Source of the DNA: Euzebyaceae bacterium
GTDB taxonomy: Bacteria > Actinomycetota > Nitriliruptoria > Euzebyales > Egibacteraceae
Direction: 5' to 3'
DNA: 47,233 bases
Assembly (NCBI GenBank): GCA_013698135.1
Contig: JACCVM010000026.1
Coordinates: 1 to 47,233 of the forward strand
The notes below the pieces were generated by a model, which did not search any database, had not been told where the DNA came from, and saw only the letters and a list, made by a program, of their open reading frames with translations. The position numbers and the translations under genes are program-made. Below are positions 18,528 to 26,381 of this stretch, one piece after another; the stretch's first letter is position 1, and each line of letters starts with the position of its first letter.

Positions 18528-20071
18528 GGCTCACCCTCCTGGGCGGGGTCGGCGGCGCCGTCGGCCAGCCCCGCCGCGCGGATCAGCGTCGCCTCGGCGA
18601 CCAGTTCGCGGACGGTGGCGATGTCGGCGGCCAGGAACCGGTCGACCGGCATGGCCGGCACGCGCTCGCGCAGCGCCGCGATGACGGCACCGGTGCGGGC
18701 CGCCGGGGCGTCGGGAGCGCGGTGCTCGACGGCGGCGGCGGCCACCAGCGCCTCGATGGCCAGGATCGCCGTGAGGTTGTCGATCACCTTGCGCAACTTG
18801 AGCCCAGACGACCAGCCCAGCGACACGTGATCCTCCTGCATCCCCGAGGTCGGCACCGAGTCGGCGCTGGCTGGGACCGCCAGCCGCCGGTTCTCGGCGA
18901 CCAGCGACGCGGCGGTGTACTGGGCCAGCATGAACCCCGAGTGCAGGCCTGCCTGCGCAGCCAGGAAGGGCGGCAGCCCGTGCGAGCGGGCGGGGTCCAG
19001 CATCCGGTCGGTCCGGCGCTCGCTGATGGCGCCCAGCTCTGCGGCGGCCACCGCCAGAAAGTCCATCGCGAATGCCAGCGGCTCACCGTGGAAGTTGCCG
19101 CAGGACTCGACCGAACCGTCCTCGAGCACCACCGGGTTGTCGACGGCCGCAGCCAGCTCGCGATCGCGGACCATCTCGGCGAAAGACAGCGTGTCGCGCG
19201 CCGCACCGTGGACTTGCGGCGCGCAGCGCAGGCTGTAGGCGTCCTGGACGGCGTGACGACTGTGGCGGTGGCCGGCCAGGATCGCGCTGCCCGATAGCAG
19301 TTCGCTGAGCACGGCCGCCGAAGCCGCCTGGCCGGGGTGCGGGCGCAGCGCCTGCAGGCGAGCGTCGAACGGCCGATCGGTGCCCAGCAGTCCCTCGACG
19401 CTCAACGCGCAGGTGACGTCGGCGGTGAGCGCGAGGCGGCGCAGATCCTGGCAGGCCAGGACCAGCATGCCGAGCATGCCCTCGGTGGCGTTCAGCAGAG
19501 CCAGACCCTCCTTGACCACGAACGCCAATGGCTGCAGGTCGGCGGCTCGAAGGGTCGCGGCCGCCGGTTGGGGCCGCCCGTCGGAACCGCGCACCCACCC
19601 CTCACCGGTCAACACCATCGCGACGTGGGCCATCGGTGCCAGATCGCCGGACGCGCCCAGCGAGCCATGCTCCGGAACGGCCACCTGCACGCCGCTGTTG
19701 AGCAGGGCCACCAGTGCCGAGGCCACCTCCGTCCGGGCGCCGGTGTGGCCGGTAGCCAACGTCCGTGCGCGCAGCACCGTCATCGCGCGGACCACCTCGT
19801 CATCGACGAGCGGCCCGACCCCGGCGGCGTGGCTGCGGACCAGCGAGTGCTGCAGTGCAGCGGCCTGCTCGGGAAGGATGACCGTGTTGGCCAGCGCACC
19901 GAAGCCGGTGGTCACCCCGTACACGACCCGTCCCGAGGCCAACGCCGCCGCGACGACCTCCCGCCCCGGGGTCATCGTTGCCTCGACGCCGGCATCCAGT
20001 TCGACCCGCTCGCCGTCCCGCGCGACGGCGACGACCTGTTCCGGCAGCAGCGGTGCGGCACTGAGCAGCAT
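18524..20071 (-). CDS. hutH: Histidine ammonia-lyase
   Basis: 515-aa ORF containing the MIO-forming [15 protein letters not shown] (Ala-Ser-Gly) motif. It is the first gene of the hut string. Confidence 0.95.
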   Translation of the reverse strand: MLLSAAPLLPEQVVAVARDGERVELDAGVEATMTPGREVVAAALASGRVVYGVTTGFGALANTVILPEQAAALQHSLVRSHAAGVGPLVDDEVVRAMTVLRARTLATGHTGARTEVASALVALLNSGVQVAVPEHGSLGASGDLAPMAHVAMVLTGEGWVRGSDGRPQPAAATLRAADLQPLAFVVKEGLALLNATEGMLGMLVLACQDLRRLALTADVTCALSVEGLLGTDRPFDARLQALRPHPGQAASAAVLSELLSGSAILAGHRHSRHAVQDAYSLRCAPQVHGAARDTLSFAEMVRDRELAAAVDNPVVLEDGSVESCGNFHGEPLAFAMDFLAVAAAELGAISERRTDRMLDPARSHGLPPFLAAQAGLHSGFMLAQYTAASLVAENRRLAVPASADSVPTSGMQEDHVSLGWSSGLKLRKVIDNLTAILAIEALVAAAAVEHRAPDAPAARTGAVIAALRERVPAMPVDRFLAADIATVRELVAEATLIRAAGLADGAADPAQEGEP

Positions 20072-20121
20072 CGCCGAGCACCATACGACGCGCGCCGGCG
20101 CCGGCCGTTGGCCCGAGGTCG

Positions 20122-20160
20122 CGGTAGGTAGGTTGCCGGCACGGTAGGTACCTTGTCGGC
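20122..20160. promoter_or_regulatory. Two tandem 19-nt direct repeats (period 20 nt) ending at the DAO start codon; candidate operator/leaderless promoter
   Basis: cggtaggtaggttgccggc (20122-20140) and cggtaggtaccttgtcggc (20142-20160) match at 16 of 19 positions. The second copy contains TACCTT (TANNNT) 6 nt before ATG 20161, and no SD sequence is present. Confidence 0.4.
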
Positions 20161-21120
20161 ATGGCGGCCGGCGAGCGCAAGGCCCTGGTGATCGGGGGCG
20201 GGGTCAGCGGCCTGACCACGGCGGTGATGCTGGCCGAGGCCGGCTGGCGCGTGCGCGTGTGGACCGCCGTGCCACCCGAGCAGACGACCTCCGCGGTCGC
20301 CGCCGCGATCTGGTATCCGTACCGGGCCTTTCCCGCCGATCAGGTGTTGGCGTGGGGATCACACTCCCTGGCCGTCTTCCGCACGCTCGCCGGCGACCCG
20401 ACGACGGGCGTGCACATGGTCGAGGGTCTGGAGCTGTCGCGCGAGCCGATGCCCGAACCGTGGTGGGCGACCGCGGTCGGCTCGCTGCGCCGCGCAGCCG
20501 GCGCCGAGTTGCCGCACGGCTACGGCGACGGTGTGGCGTTCACCGTCCCGGTCATCGAGATGCCGGTGTACCTGGCGTACCTGGTCGCGCGCCTGCAACG
20601 CGCCGGCGGGGTCATCGACCAGCGGCGGATTACCACGCTGGCCGAGGCCGGTGCGGTCTGTCCCGTGGTCGTGAACTGCGCGGGTTTGGGAGCCGCCGAG
20701 CTCACGGGGGACGCCAGCGTGTTCCCCATCCGCGGTCAGGTGCTGCGCGTGGCCAACCCTGGGCTGACCCGCTTCCTGCTCGACGACCACCATCCGCGGG
20801 ATGTGACCTACGTGGTACCCCGCCGCCGTGATGTGGTGCTGGGTGGCACGGCACAGCAGGGAGCGTCCGACCTGCGGCCGGATCCCGAGATCGCGGCGTC
20901 CATCCTGCGCCGGTGCACCGCCCTGGAGCCGGCGCTGCAGGGCGCACAAGTCCTCGGCCACGCCGTCGGGTTGCGGCCCGGTCGCCCGGCGGTCCGTGTC
21001 GAGCCCGAGACACTGCCGGGTGGCGCTGTCTGCGTGCACAACTACGGCCACGGCGGCGCGGGGGTGACCTTGTCGTGGGGTTGCGCCACCGCCGCATTGG
21101 AACACCTGGTGGCTGGGTAG
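20161..21120 (+). CDS. FAD-dependent D-amino-acid oxidase family protein
   Basis: N-terminal dinucleotide fold ALVIGGGVSGLTTAVMLAEAG. C-terminal HNYGHGGAGVTLSWGCA is typical of DAAO. Confidence 0.85.
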   Translation: MAAGERKALVIGGGVSGLTTAVMLAEAGWRVRVWTAVPPEQTTSAVAAAIWYPYRAFPADQVLAWGSHSLAVFRTLAGDPTTGVHMVEGLELSREPMPEPWWATAVGSLRRAAGAELPHGYGDGVAFTVPVIEMPVYLAYLVARLQRAGGVIDQRRITTLAEAGAVCPVVVNCAGLGAAELTGDASVFPIRGQVLRVANPGLTRFLLDDHHPRDVTYVVPRRRDVVLGGTAQQGASDLRPDPEIAASILRRCTALEPALQGAQVLGHAVGLRPGRPAVRVEPETLPGGAVCVHNYGHGGAGVTLSWGCATAALEHLVAG

Positions 21121-21153
21121 AACGTTCGGGACTTATCGATTCGGAGGTCCAAC

Positions 21154-21570
21154 ATGAAGCCCTGGCAGCTGCCCATCCGCCTGGCCGCGGGCGCCTACGT
21201 CCTGAACTCGGGCTTGTCCAAGCGCGGGATACCCGACGAGGCGGCGGCCGGCATGCACGGCATGGCCAGCGGCGCCTTTCCGTAGTTCTCGTCGATGGAA
21301 TCCCAGCAGTTCATGAAGCTGCTGTCCACGGGCGAGATCGTCCTCGGCACGGCGCTGCTGCTGCCTTTCCTGCCGGCGGGCTTGGTCGGGGCCGGGCTCA
21401 GCGCCTTCGGCGCGGGACTGGTCCGCCTCTACCTGAAGACGCCGGGCATGACCGACGAGAGCGGTATCCGCCCCACGCAGGACGGGATCGGTTTGGCGAA
21501 GGACGTGTGGCTGTTCGCCATCGGGCTTGCGCTGCTGATCGACGCGTTGAGCGACCGACCGCAGGACTAG
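21154..21570 (+). pseudogene. Small conserved-looking membrane protein interrupted by an in-frame TAG (21283-21285)
   Basis: GGAGG sits 8 nt upstream of ATG 21154. The same frame runs through a single amber codon into the 91-aa track ORF (21295-21570). The hydrophobic helices continue on both sides. Confidence 0.6.
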
Positions 21571-22190
21571 CCAGCCGCCAAGCGCTCGAAGTACTCGGGC
21601 GCAGCGGTGGTCTCGACGTCGCCGAGGAGCAGTGCCCGGTAAGTCGCCAGCGCCGCCTCCTCCAAGTTGGCTGCCCGCTTGTACGCCAGTTCGACGCTGT
21701 CGGCCACGACCGAACAGCCGTGATGGCCGAGGATGACCACATTGGCCCCGGCCAACGCCTTCGCGCCGGCCTCGGCGAGTTCTGCGGTACCCGGCGGGAG
21801 ATACGGGACCGTGACCACGCGGCGCACATAGGTCGCGTGGTCCAGCGTGATCAACCGGACCCGGTGACCGAGCGCGTCGAGCAGCACCGACGCCTGGGGG
21901 TGCAGGTGCACCACGGCGTTGACGTCGGGACGGGCGCGGTAGGCCGCCACGTGCAGTTGCACCTCGCTGGACGGTGCGGCATTGCCGCCGGGGACCCGCC
22001 CGTCCAGCCCCACGACGCTGAAGTCATCGGCGGTCAGCTCATCCAGCCATGTGCCGCGAGCCGTGACGAGGCACTCATCTGCTCCAGGTGGCCGCGCCGA
22101 CAGATTGCCGCCCGAACCGATCACCAGCCCGGCCGCCACCGCTCGGTGCCCCAGCCGGATCAACTGGTCGGTGAGCGATCCCTGCCACAT
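21567..22190 (-). CDS. Class II aldolase/adducin family protein
   Basis: 207 aa with a GSGGNLSAR motif and His-rich metal site segments (VVHLHP, HHGCSV) typical of fuculose-phosphate aldolase-like proteins. Confidence 0.85.
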   Translation of the reverse strand: MWQGSLTDQLIRLGHRAVAAGLVIGSGGNLSARPPGADECLVTARGTWLDELTADDFSVVGLDGRVPGGNAAPSSEVQLHVAAYRARPDVNAVVHLHPQASVLLDALGHRVRLITLDHATYVRRVVTVPYLPPGTAELAEAGAKALAGANVVILGHHGCSVVADSVELAYKRAANLEEAALATYRALLLGDVETTAAPEYFERLAAG

Positions 22191-22339
22191 CCGCCATGCC
22201 CTTCGTCGGCTCGACAGTTGGTGTCCTCATTAGCGAAGCGAGAGGACGCCAGACCATCGCAGTCTGCCAGTCCCGCTTCGTCAGCCGCCTTAGCCACTTC
22301 GGAGGTAGAACATGCGGACGCGACAGACAGGAGCAGGCC

Positions 22340-22738
22340 GTGAAGATCGTCGTGGGTTACATCAGGACGGCTGAGGGCAGGGCAGCCCTTGATGCCGCCA
22401 TCGCCGAGGCGCGACTGCGCGACGGCTCCCTGCTGGTCGTGCATTCGGCCAAGGGAGGCGCCCGTGACGAAGCGGCACAGATGACCGCGTACCGCGACGA
22501 CCTGGAGGCCGTCCGTGTCCGGTTGGAGAACGAGGGTGTTGCTGCGGAGATCCACGAGCTTGTCCGCGGCAACACACCGGCCGACGACCTGATCGCCGTC
22601 GCCGAGTCGACGGGAGCCGAGCTGATCGTCATCGGTCTCCGCCGGCGTTCACCGGTGGGCAAGGTCGTGCTGGGCAGTAACGCGCAGGATCTCCTGCTGC
22701 GGGCCAGCTGTCCTGTCCTCGCCGTCAAGGCGTCATGA
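22340..22738 (+). CDS. Universal stress protein (UspA family)
   Basis: GTG 22340 is preceded by CAGGAG. 132 aa with ...LIVIGLRRRSPVGKVVLGSNAQDLLLRASCPVLAVK (G-x2-G-x9-G-S/T ATP motif). Confidence 0.85.
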   Translation: MKIVVGYIRTAEGRAALDAAIAEARLRDGSLLVVHSAKGGARDEAAQMTAYRDDLEAVRVRLENEGVAAEIHELVRGNTPADDLIAVAESTGAELIVIGLRRRSPVGKVVLGSNAQDLLLRASCPVLAVKAS

Positions 22739-22934
22739 TCTCGCGACTCTCAACCTTGATGCAGAGTTACGCCAGGATATTTCCGCATGTCAAAGCATTT
22801 CGGCCGTGGGAGAACAGCGATTACTCTCACCGTCGACTTGGCGTTGACGCCTGCTGCAGACCCGTCAGATCGGCCTGGCCTGCTCCCCCGGCGGCGGCAG
22901 GCGACAACCTAGGCCGTCACTGCAGGTCAGCGCG

Positions 22935-24875
22935 ATGAGCGCGGTCAACAATCCCATCCTCTGGGAGCCACCGGCGGCGCGCGCGGAAGCCAGCCATCTC
23001 CATCGCTTCATGGACGCGGCACCAGTCGCCGCTGCCAGCTACGACTCGCTGTGGCGATGGTCGGTGGACGATCTGCCGGCATTCTGGGCGCAGGTGTGGA
23101 GCGACACCGGCGTCGTCGCGTCACGGCAGTACGACGAGGTGCTCGGGCAGCCGGGGATGCCCGGAGCCGTATGGTTCCCAGGTGCGCGCCTGAACTACGC
23201 GCAGAATCTGCTGCGCCACCGCGGCAGTGGCGTGGCGCTGATCGGCGCCGGTGAGGGGATGATCGAGCGCCGCATCACCTGGGACGAGCTGCACCGCATG
23301 GTCGCCGGTGTGCAGGCGGGGTTGGTCGAGCTTGGCGTCGGCCGCGGTGACCGGGTCGCCGCCTTCCTGCCCAACTGCGTCGAGGCCGTGGTCGCCATGC
23401 TGGCCACGACCGCCCTTGGAGCGGTGTGGTCGTCGTGCTCTCCCGACTTCGGTCCGATGGGCGTCGTGGACCGCTTCGGCCAGATCCGTCCGAAGATCCT
23501 GCTCGCCGCCGACGGCTACCGCTACAACGGCCGCACTCATAGCCTGCGCGAGAAGGTCGGGGCTGTCTGCGAGGCGCTGCCGGAGCTGGACCATCTCGTG
23601 CTGGTGGATTTCGCCGGCGAGCCGTGGACGCTGCCGGATCGCCCCGTGGTGCCCTGGTCACGGCTGCTGGGGACAGCGGCCGACGAGGTGCACTTCGAGC
23701 AGGTTTCTGCCGACCATCCGCTGTTCGTCCTCTACTCGTCCGGGACCACAGGCGTTCCCAAGAGCATCGTGCACGGCCACGGCGGGACGTTGCTGCAGCA
23801 CCGCAAGGAACATCAGCTGCACACCGACCTGCAAGCCGGTCAGCACACCATTCTGTGGTTCACGACTTGCGGCTGGATGATGTGGAACTGGCTGGTCAGC
23901 GCACTGGCCAGCGGCGTGACGGTCGTGCTGTACGACGGCAGCCCTACCTATCCCGGCCCGGAAGCACTGTGGGAGCTGGCCGAGCGAACCAAGATCAGCC
24001 ACTTCGGCACCAGCCCAAAGTTCCTCGCCGCCTGCGCCAAAGCCGGCCTACGACCCGCCGATGTCGCCGATCTGACAGCTGTCCAGACCGTGTTGTCCAC
24101 CGGGGCGCCCCTGCATGCCGAGCAGTTCGACTGGGTCTATCAGCACGTCGATGACGACCTGCAGCTGGCGTCGGTCAGTGGCGGCACGGATCTGATCGGC
24201 TGCTTCGCCGCCGGGGCGCCCATCCTGCCGGTGCGGCGCGGCGAGCTGCAGTGCCGCTGCCTGGGCATGGCGGTCGAGGCCTGGGATCCCTCCGGCCGGC
24301 CGGTGGTGGGCCAGCCCGGCGAGCTGGTCTGCACGCGCCCGTTCCCCTCCATGCCGACGGGTTTTTGGGGTGACGAGGACGGCTCGCGCTACCGCGCCGC
24401 CTACTTCGATGCCAACCCCGGCGTGTGGACGCACGGTGATCTCGTGGAAATCACGCCGGACGGCGGCATGGTCATCCACGGCCGCAGTGACACCACGCTC
24501 AACCCGAGCGGCGTGCGAATCGGTACCGCCGAGATCTACCGGGCGATCGAGCCGCTGGCCGAGATCGCCGACGCCATCGTCGTCGGCCGGCCCGTCGAGG
24601 ATGACACCGAGATCGTCCTGTGCGTCCGCCTGGCCCAGGGAGTCGAACTCGACGCGGCACTGACGGCGCACATCCGCAACACGATCCGCTCGGCCACCAC
24701 ACCACGCCATGTGCCTGCGTACGTGTTCGCTGTCGCCGACATCCCCTACACCATCAGCGGGAAGAAGGTCGAGCGTGCGGTCGCTGACACCATCAGCGGC
24801 GCCACGGTCCACAACCGGGATGCCTTGGCCAACCCCGCCGCCCTCGAGGAGTACTCCAGGCTTGACTTCGGGTGA
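22935..24875 (+). CDS. Acetoacetate-CoA ligase (acetoacetyl-CoA synthetase)
   Basis: 646-aa adenylate-forming enzyme with YSSGTTGVPKSIVH (AMP-binding P-loop). The N-terminal PILWEPP... and C-terminal ...IPYTISGKKVE... patterns are typical of the acetoacetyl-CoA synthetase subfamily. Confidence 0.88.
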   Translation: MSAVNNPILWEPPAARAEASHLHRFMDAAPVAAASYDSLWRWSVDDLPAFWAQVWSDTGVVASRQYDEVLGQPGMPGAVWFPGARLNYAQNLLRHRGSGVALIGAGEGMIERRITWDELHRMVAGVQAGLVELGVGRGDRVAAFLPNCVEAVVAMLATTALGAVWSSCSPDFGPMGVVDRFGQIRPKILLAADGYRYNGRTHSLREKVGAVCEALPELDHLVLVDFAGEPWTLPDRPVVPWSRLLGTAADEVHFEQVSADHPLFVLYSSGTTGVPKSIVHGHGGTLLQHRKEHQLHTDLQAGQHTILWFTTCGWMMWNWLVSALASGVTVVLYDGSPTYPGPEALWELAERTKISHFGTSPKFLAACAKAGLRPADVADLTAVQTVLSTGAPLHAEQFDWVYQHVDDDLQLASVSGGTDLIGCFAAGAPILPVRRGELQCRCLGMAVEAWDPSGRPVVGQPGELVCTRPFPSMPTGFWGDEDGSRYRAAYFDANPGVWTHGDLVEITPDGGMVIHGRSDTTLNPSGVRIGTAEIYRAIEPLAEIADAIVVGRPVEDDTEIVLCVRLAQGVELDAALTAHIRNTIRSATTPRHVPAYVFAVADIPYTISGKKVERAVADTISGATVHNRDALANPAALEEYSRLDFG

Positions 24876-24877
24876 GG

Positions 24878-24897
24878 GGCCGGCCGTCAGGCCGGCC
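24878..24897 (+). terminator. GC-rich hairpin 3 nt after the ligase stop
   Basis: ggccggcc-gtca-ggccggcc forms an 8-bp perfect stem with a 4-nt loop. There is no U-tract, which is common in high-GC actinobacteria. Confidence 0.4.
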
Positions 24898-24968
24898 GGC
24901 GGGACTCCGCGTAATGACGCACACACGCTGGGGTGGACTTGTGACTAGTGCTGCTCTAGGCTCCTGCC

Positions 24969-26066
24969 ATGCGCATGCTCAAGGGCTTGACTGCGGCGTT
25001 GTCCATTGCGGTGCTGCTGGCGGCCATGGCCGTTCCGGCACAGGCGGTTCCCAGGTACCGCCGAGCGATCGACATCACCTTCCCCACGCGCTCGGGCGCG
25101 TCCTACGTCGACAGCTACTTCGCCAGCCGTGGCGGCGGCAGCCGCGTGCACCGCGCCACCGATCTGATGGGACCCCACGGGTGGCCCATCTATGCCGCCA
25201 AGGCAGGACGCGTGGTCTGGGCGCCCCCCGCCGGGCATCCGACAGCGGGCTGGGCCTTGCAGGTCCGCGGCCGCGACGGGCGCGTGTACGCCTACTACCA
25301 CCTTGGAAGGTCCAACGGTGCGCGCTCGGGCGCCATCGCGTCGGGTGTCGGCACCGGCTCGTGGGTGCGCCGCCGGCAGGTCATCGGCTACCTCGGCGAC
25401 TCCGGGAACGCGTCGGGCGGCTCAACCCACCTGCACTTTGAGATCGAAGACCCCCGCATCCGTGACCCGTTCGGCGGCGACCGAATGAACCCGTACGCGT
25501 CCTTGCGCACCGCCCAGCGCGAGGGCGACTACGCCAACGGCCGTAGCCGCCGCTCTTCTCGCGGCGGCTCGCGCGCGCCGGTGCGGCAGTCGCTGCGCCA
25601 GGGTGACGACGGACCGGCGGTCAGCGGCTGGCAGCGCAAGCTCAACAAGGTCCGGCGGCGCAACATCGCCGTCGACGGCGACTTCGGACCCGCCACCCAC
25701 GCCGCCACCGTCGCCTTCCAACGCCACCGCGGCATCGGCCCCGCCGGCCTCGGCACCGTCGGCCCGATAACGCGGGCGGCCATGCAAAAGGCGCTGGCGT
25801 TCAACCGGCGCGCACGCGCCCCACGCGGCGGCTCGCGCGCGCCGGTGCGGCAGTCGCTGCGCCAGGGTGACGACGGCAAGCGCGTGGCCATCTGGCAGCG
25901 CAAGCTCAACAAGGTCCGGCGGCGCAACATCGCCGTCGACGGCGACTTCGGACCCGCCACCCACGCCGCCACCATCGCCTTCCAACGCCACCGCGGCATC
26001 GGCCCCGCCGGCCTCGGCACCGTCGGCCCGCTCACGCGGGCGGCGATGGCACGAGCGCTGCGTTGA
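24969..26066 (+). CDS. Secreted M23 (LytM-type) metallopeptidase with two peptidoglycan-binding (PG_binding_1-like) domains
   Basis: Signal peptide MRMLKGLTAALSIAVLLAAMAVPAQA. M23 Zn motifs HRATD (HxxxD) and THLHFEI (HxH). Two C-terminal copies of ...LRQGDDG..V..WQRKLN....IAVDGDFGPATHAAT.AFQRHRGI...G.VGP.T. Confidence 0.9.
   Translation: MRMLKGLTAALSIAVLLAAMAVPAQAVPRYRRAIDITFPTRSGASYVDSYFASRGGGSRVHRATDLMGPHGWPIYAAKAGRVVWAPPAGHPTAGWALQVRGRDGRVYAYYHLGRSNGARSGAIASGVGTGSWVRRRQVIGYLGDSGNASGGSTHLHFEIEDPRIRDPFGGDRMNPYASLRTAQREGDYANGRSRRSSRGGSRAPVRQSLRQGDDGPAVSGWQRKLNKVRRRNIAVDGDFGPATHAATVAFQRHRGIGPAGLGTVGPITRAAMQKALAFNRRARAPRGGSRAPVRQSLRQGDDGKRVAIWQRKLNKVRRRNIAVDGDFGPATHAATIAFQRHRGIGPAGLGTVGPLTRAAMARALR
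25561..26063 (+). repeat. In-gene tandem duplication, period 264 bp (88 codons), two copies
   Basis: Copy 1 spans 25561-25824 and copy 2 spans 25825-26063. Runs of 52 and 81 nt are identical by eye. They are separated by one 16-nt fully divergent patch plus a few point differences. Confidence 0.9.
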
Positions 26067-26069
26067 CGT

Positions 26070-26374
26070 CTACAGAAACGACAACCGAACCGTCCGAACA
26101 GCGTTGTCGGTGTTCGGATCGACTAGGTCCTCATGCAGCGAAGCGGTAGGACACCAGATCGTCATCGCGCGGCAGCAGCCGGCCGACAGTCTCCTCGACG
26201 TCGGACTCTGAACCGGCGCCCAGCTCGAAGATGGCTACCCCTGCGGTGGCGTGGAGGACGAACACGTTGCACAGGCCCTCGCCTCGCCCCGACAACCACT
26301 CGTTGATCTCAACACTGAGGTCAGTGCAGGCGAACGCCGCCCCCCGTGCGGACCTGCACCGTGGTGGTCTCCAC
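26070..26374 (-). pseudogene. Decayed YjbQ/UPF0047-family gene remnant
   Basis: Three consecutive frames together read VETTTVQVRTG / AAFACTDLSVEINEWLSGRGEGLCNVFVLHATAGVAIFE...LLPRDDDLVSYRF / HEDLVDPNTDNA.... The first frame switch lies in a 6-nt G run (26340-26345). The C-terminal half of the family is missing. Confidence 0.45.
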
Positions 26375-26381
26375 CCACGAG

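Noticed and set aside
21283-21285. In-frame TAG read as pyrrolysine or programmed readthrough
   Set aside because: There are no pyl genes or recoding signals in view. Actinobacteria are not known to use Pyl. A nonsense mutation or a base-call error is the simpler explanation.
22739-22934. Lower-GC 196-nt leader upstream of acetoacetyl-CoA synthetase as a riboswitch or promoter
   Set aside because: I could not fold a conserved riboswitch-like structure by eye. The -35/-10 candidates (TTGACG, TTGATG) lack properly spaced -10 partners. The evidence is too weak to call.
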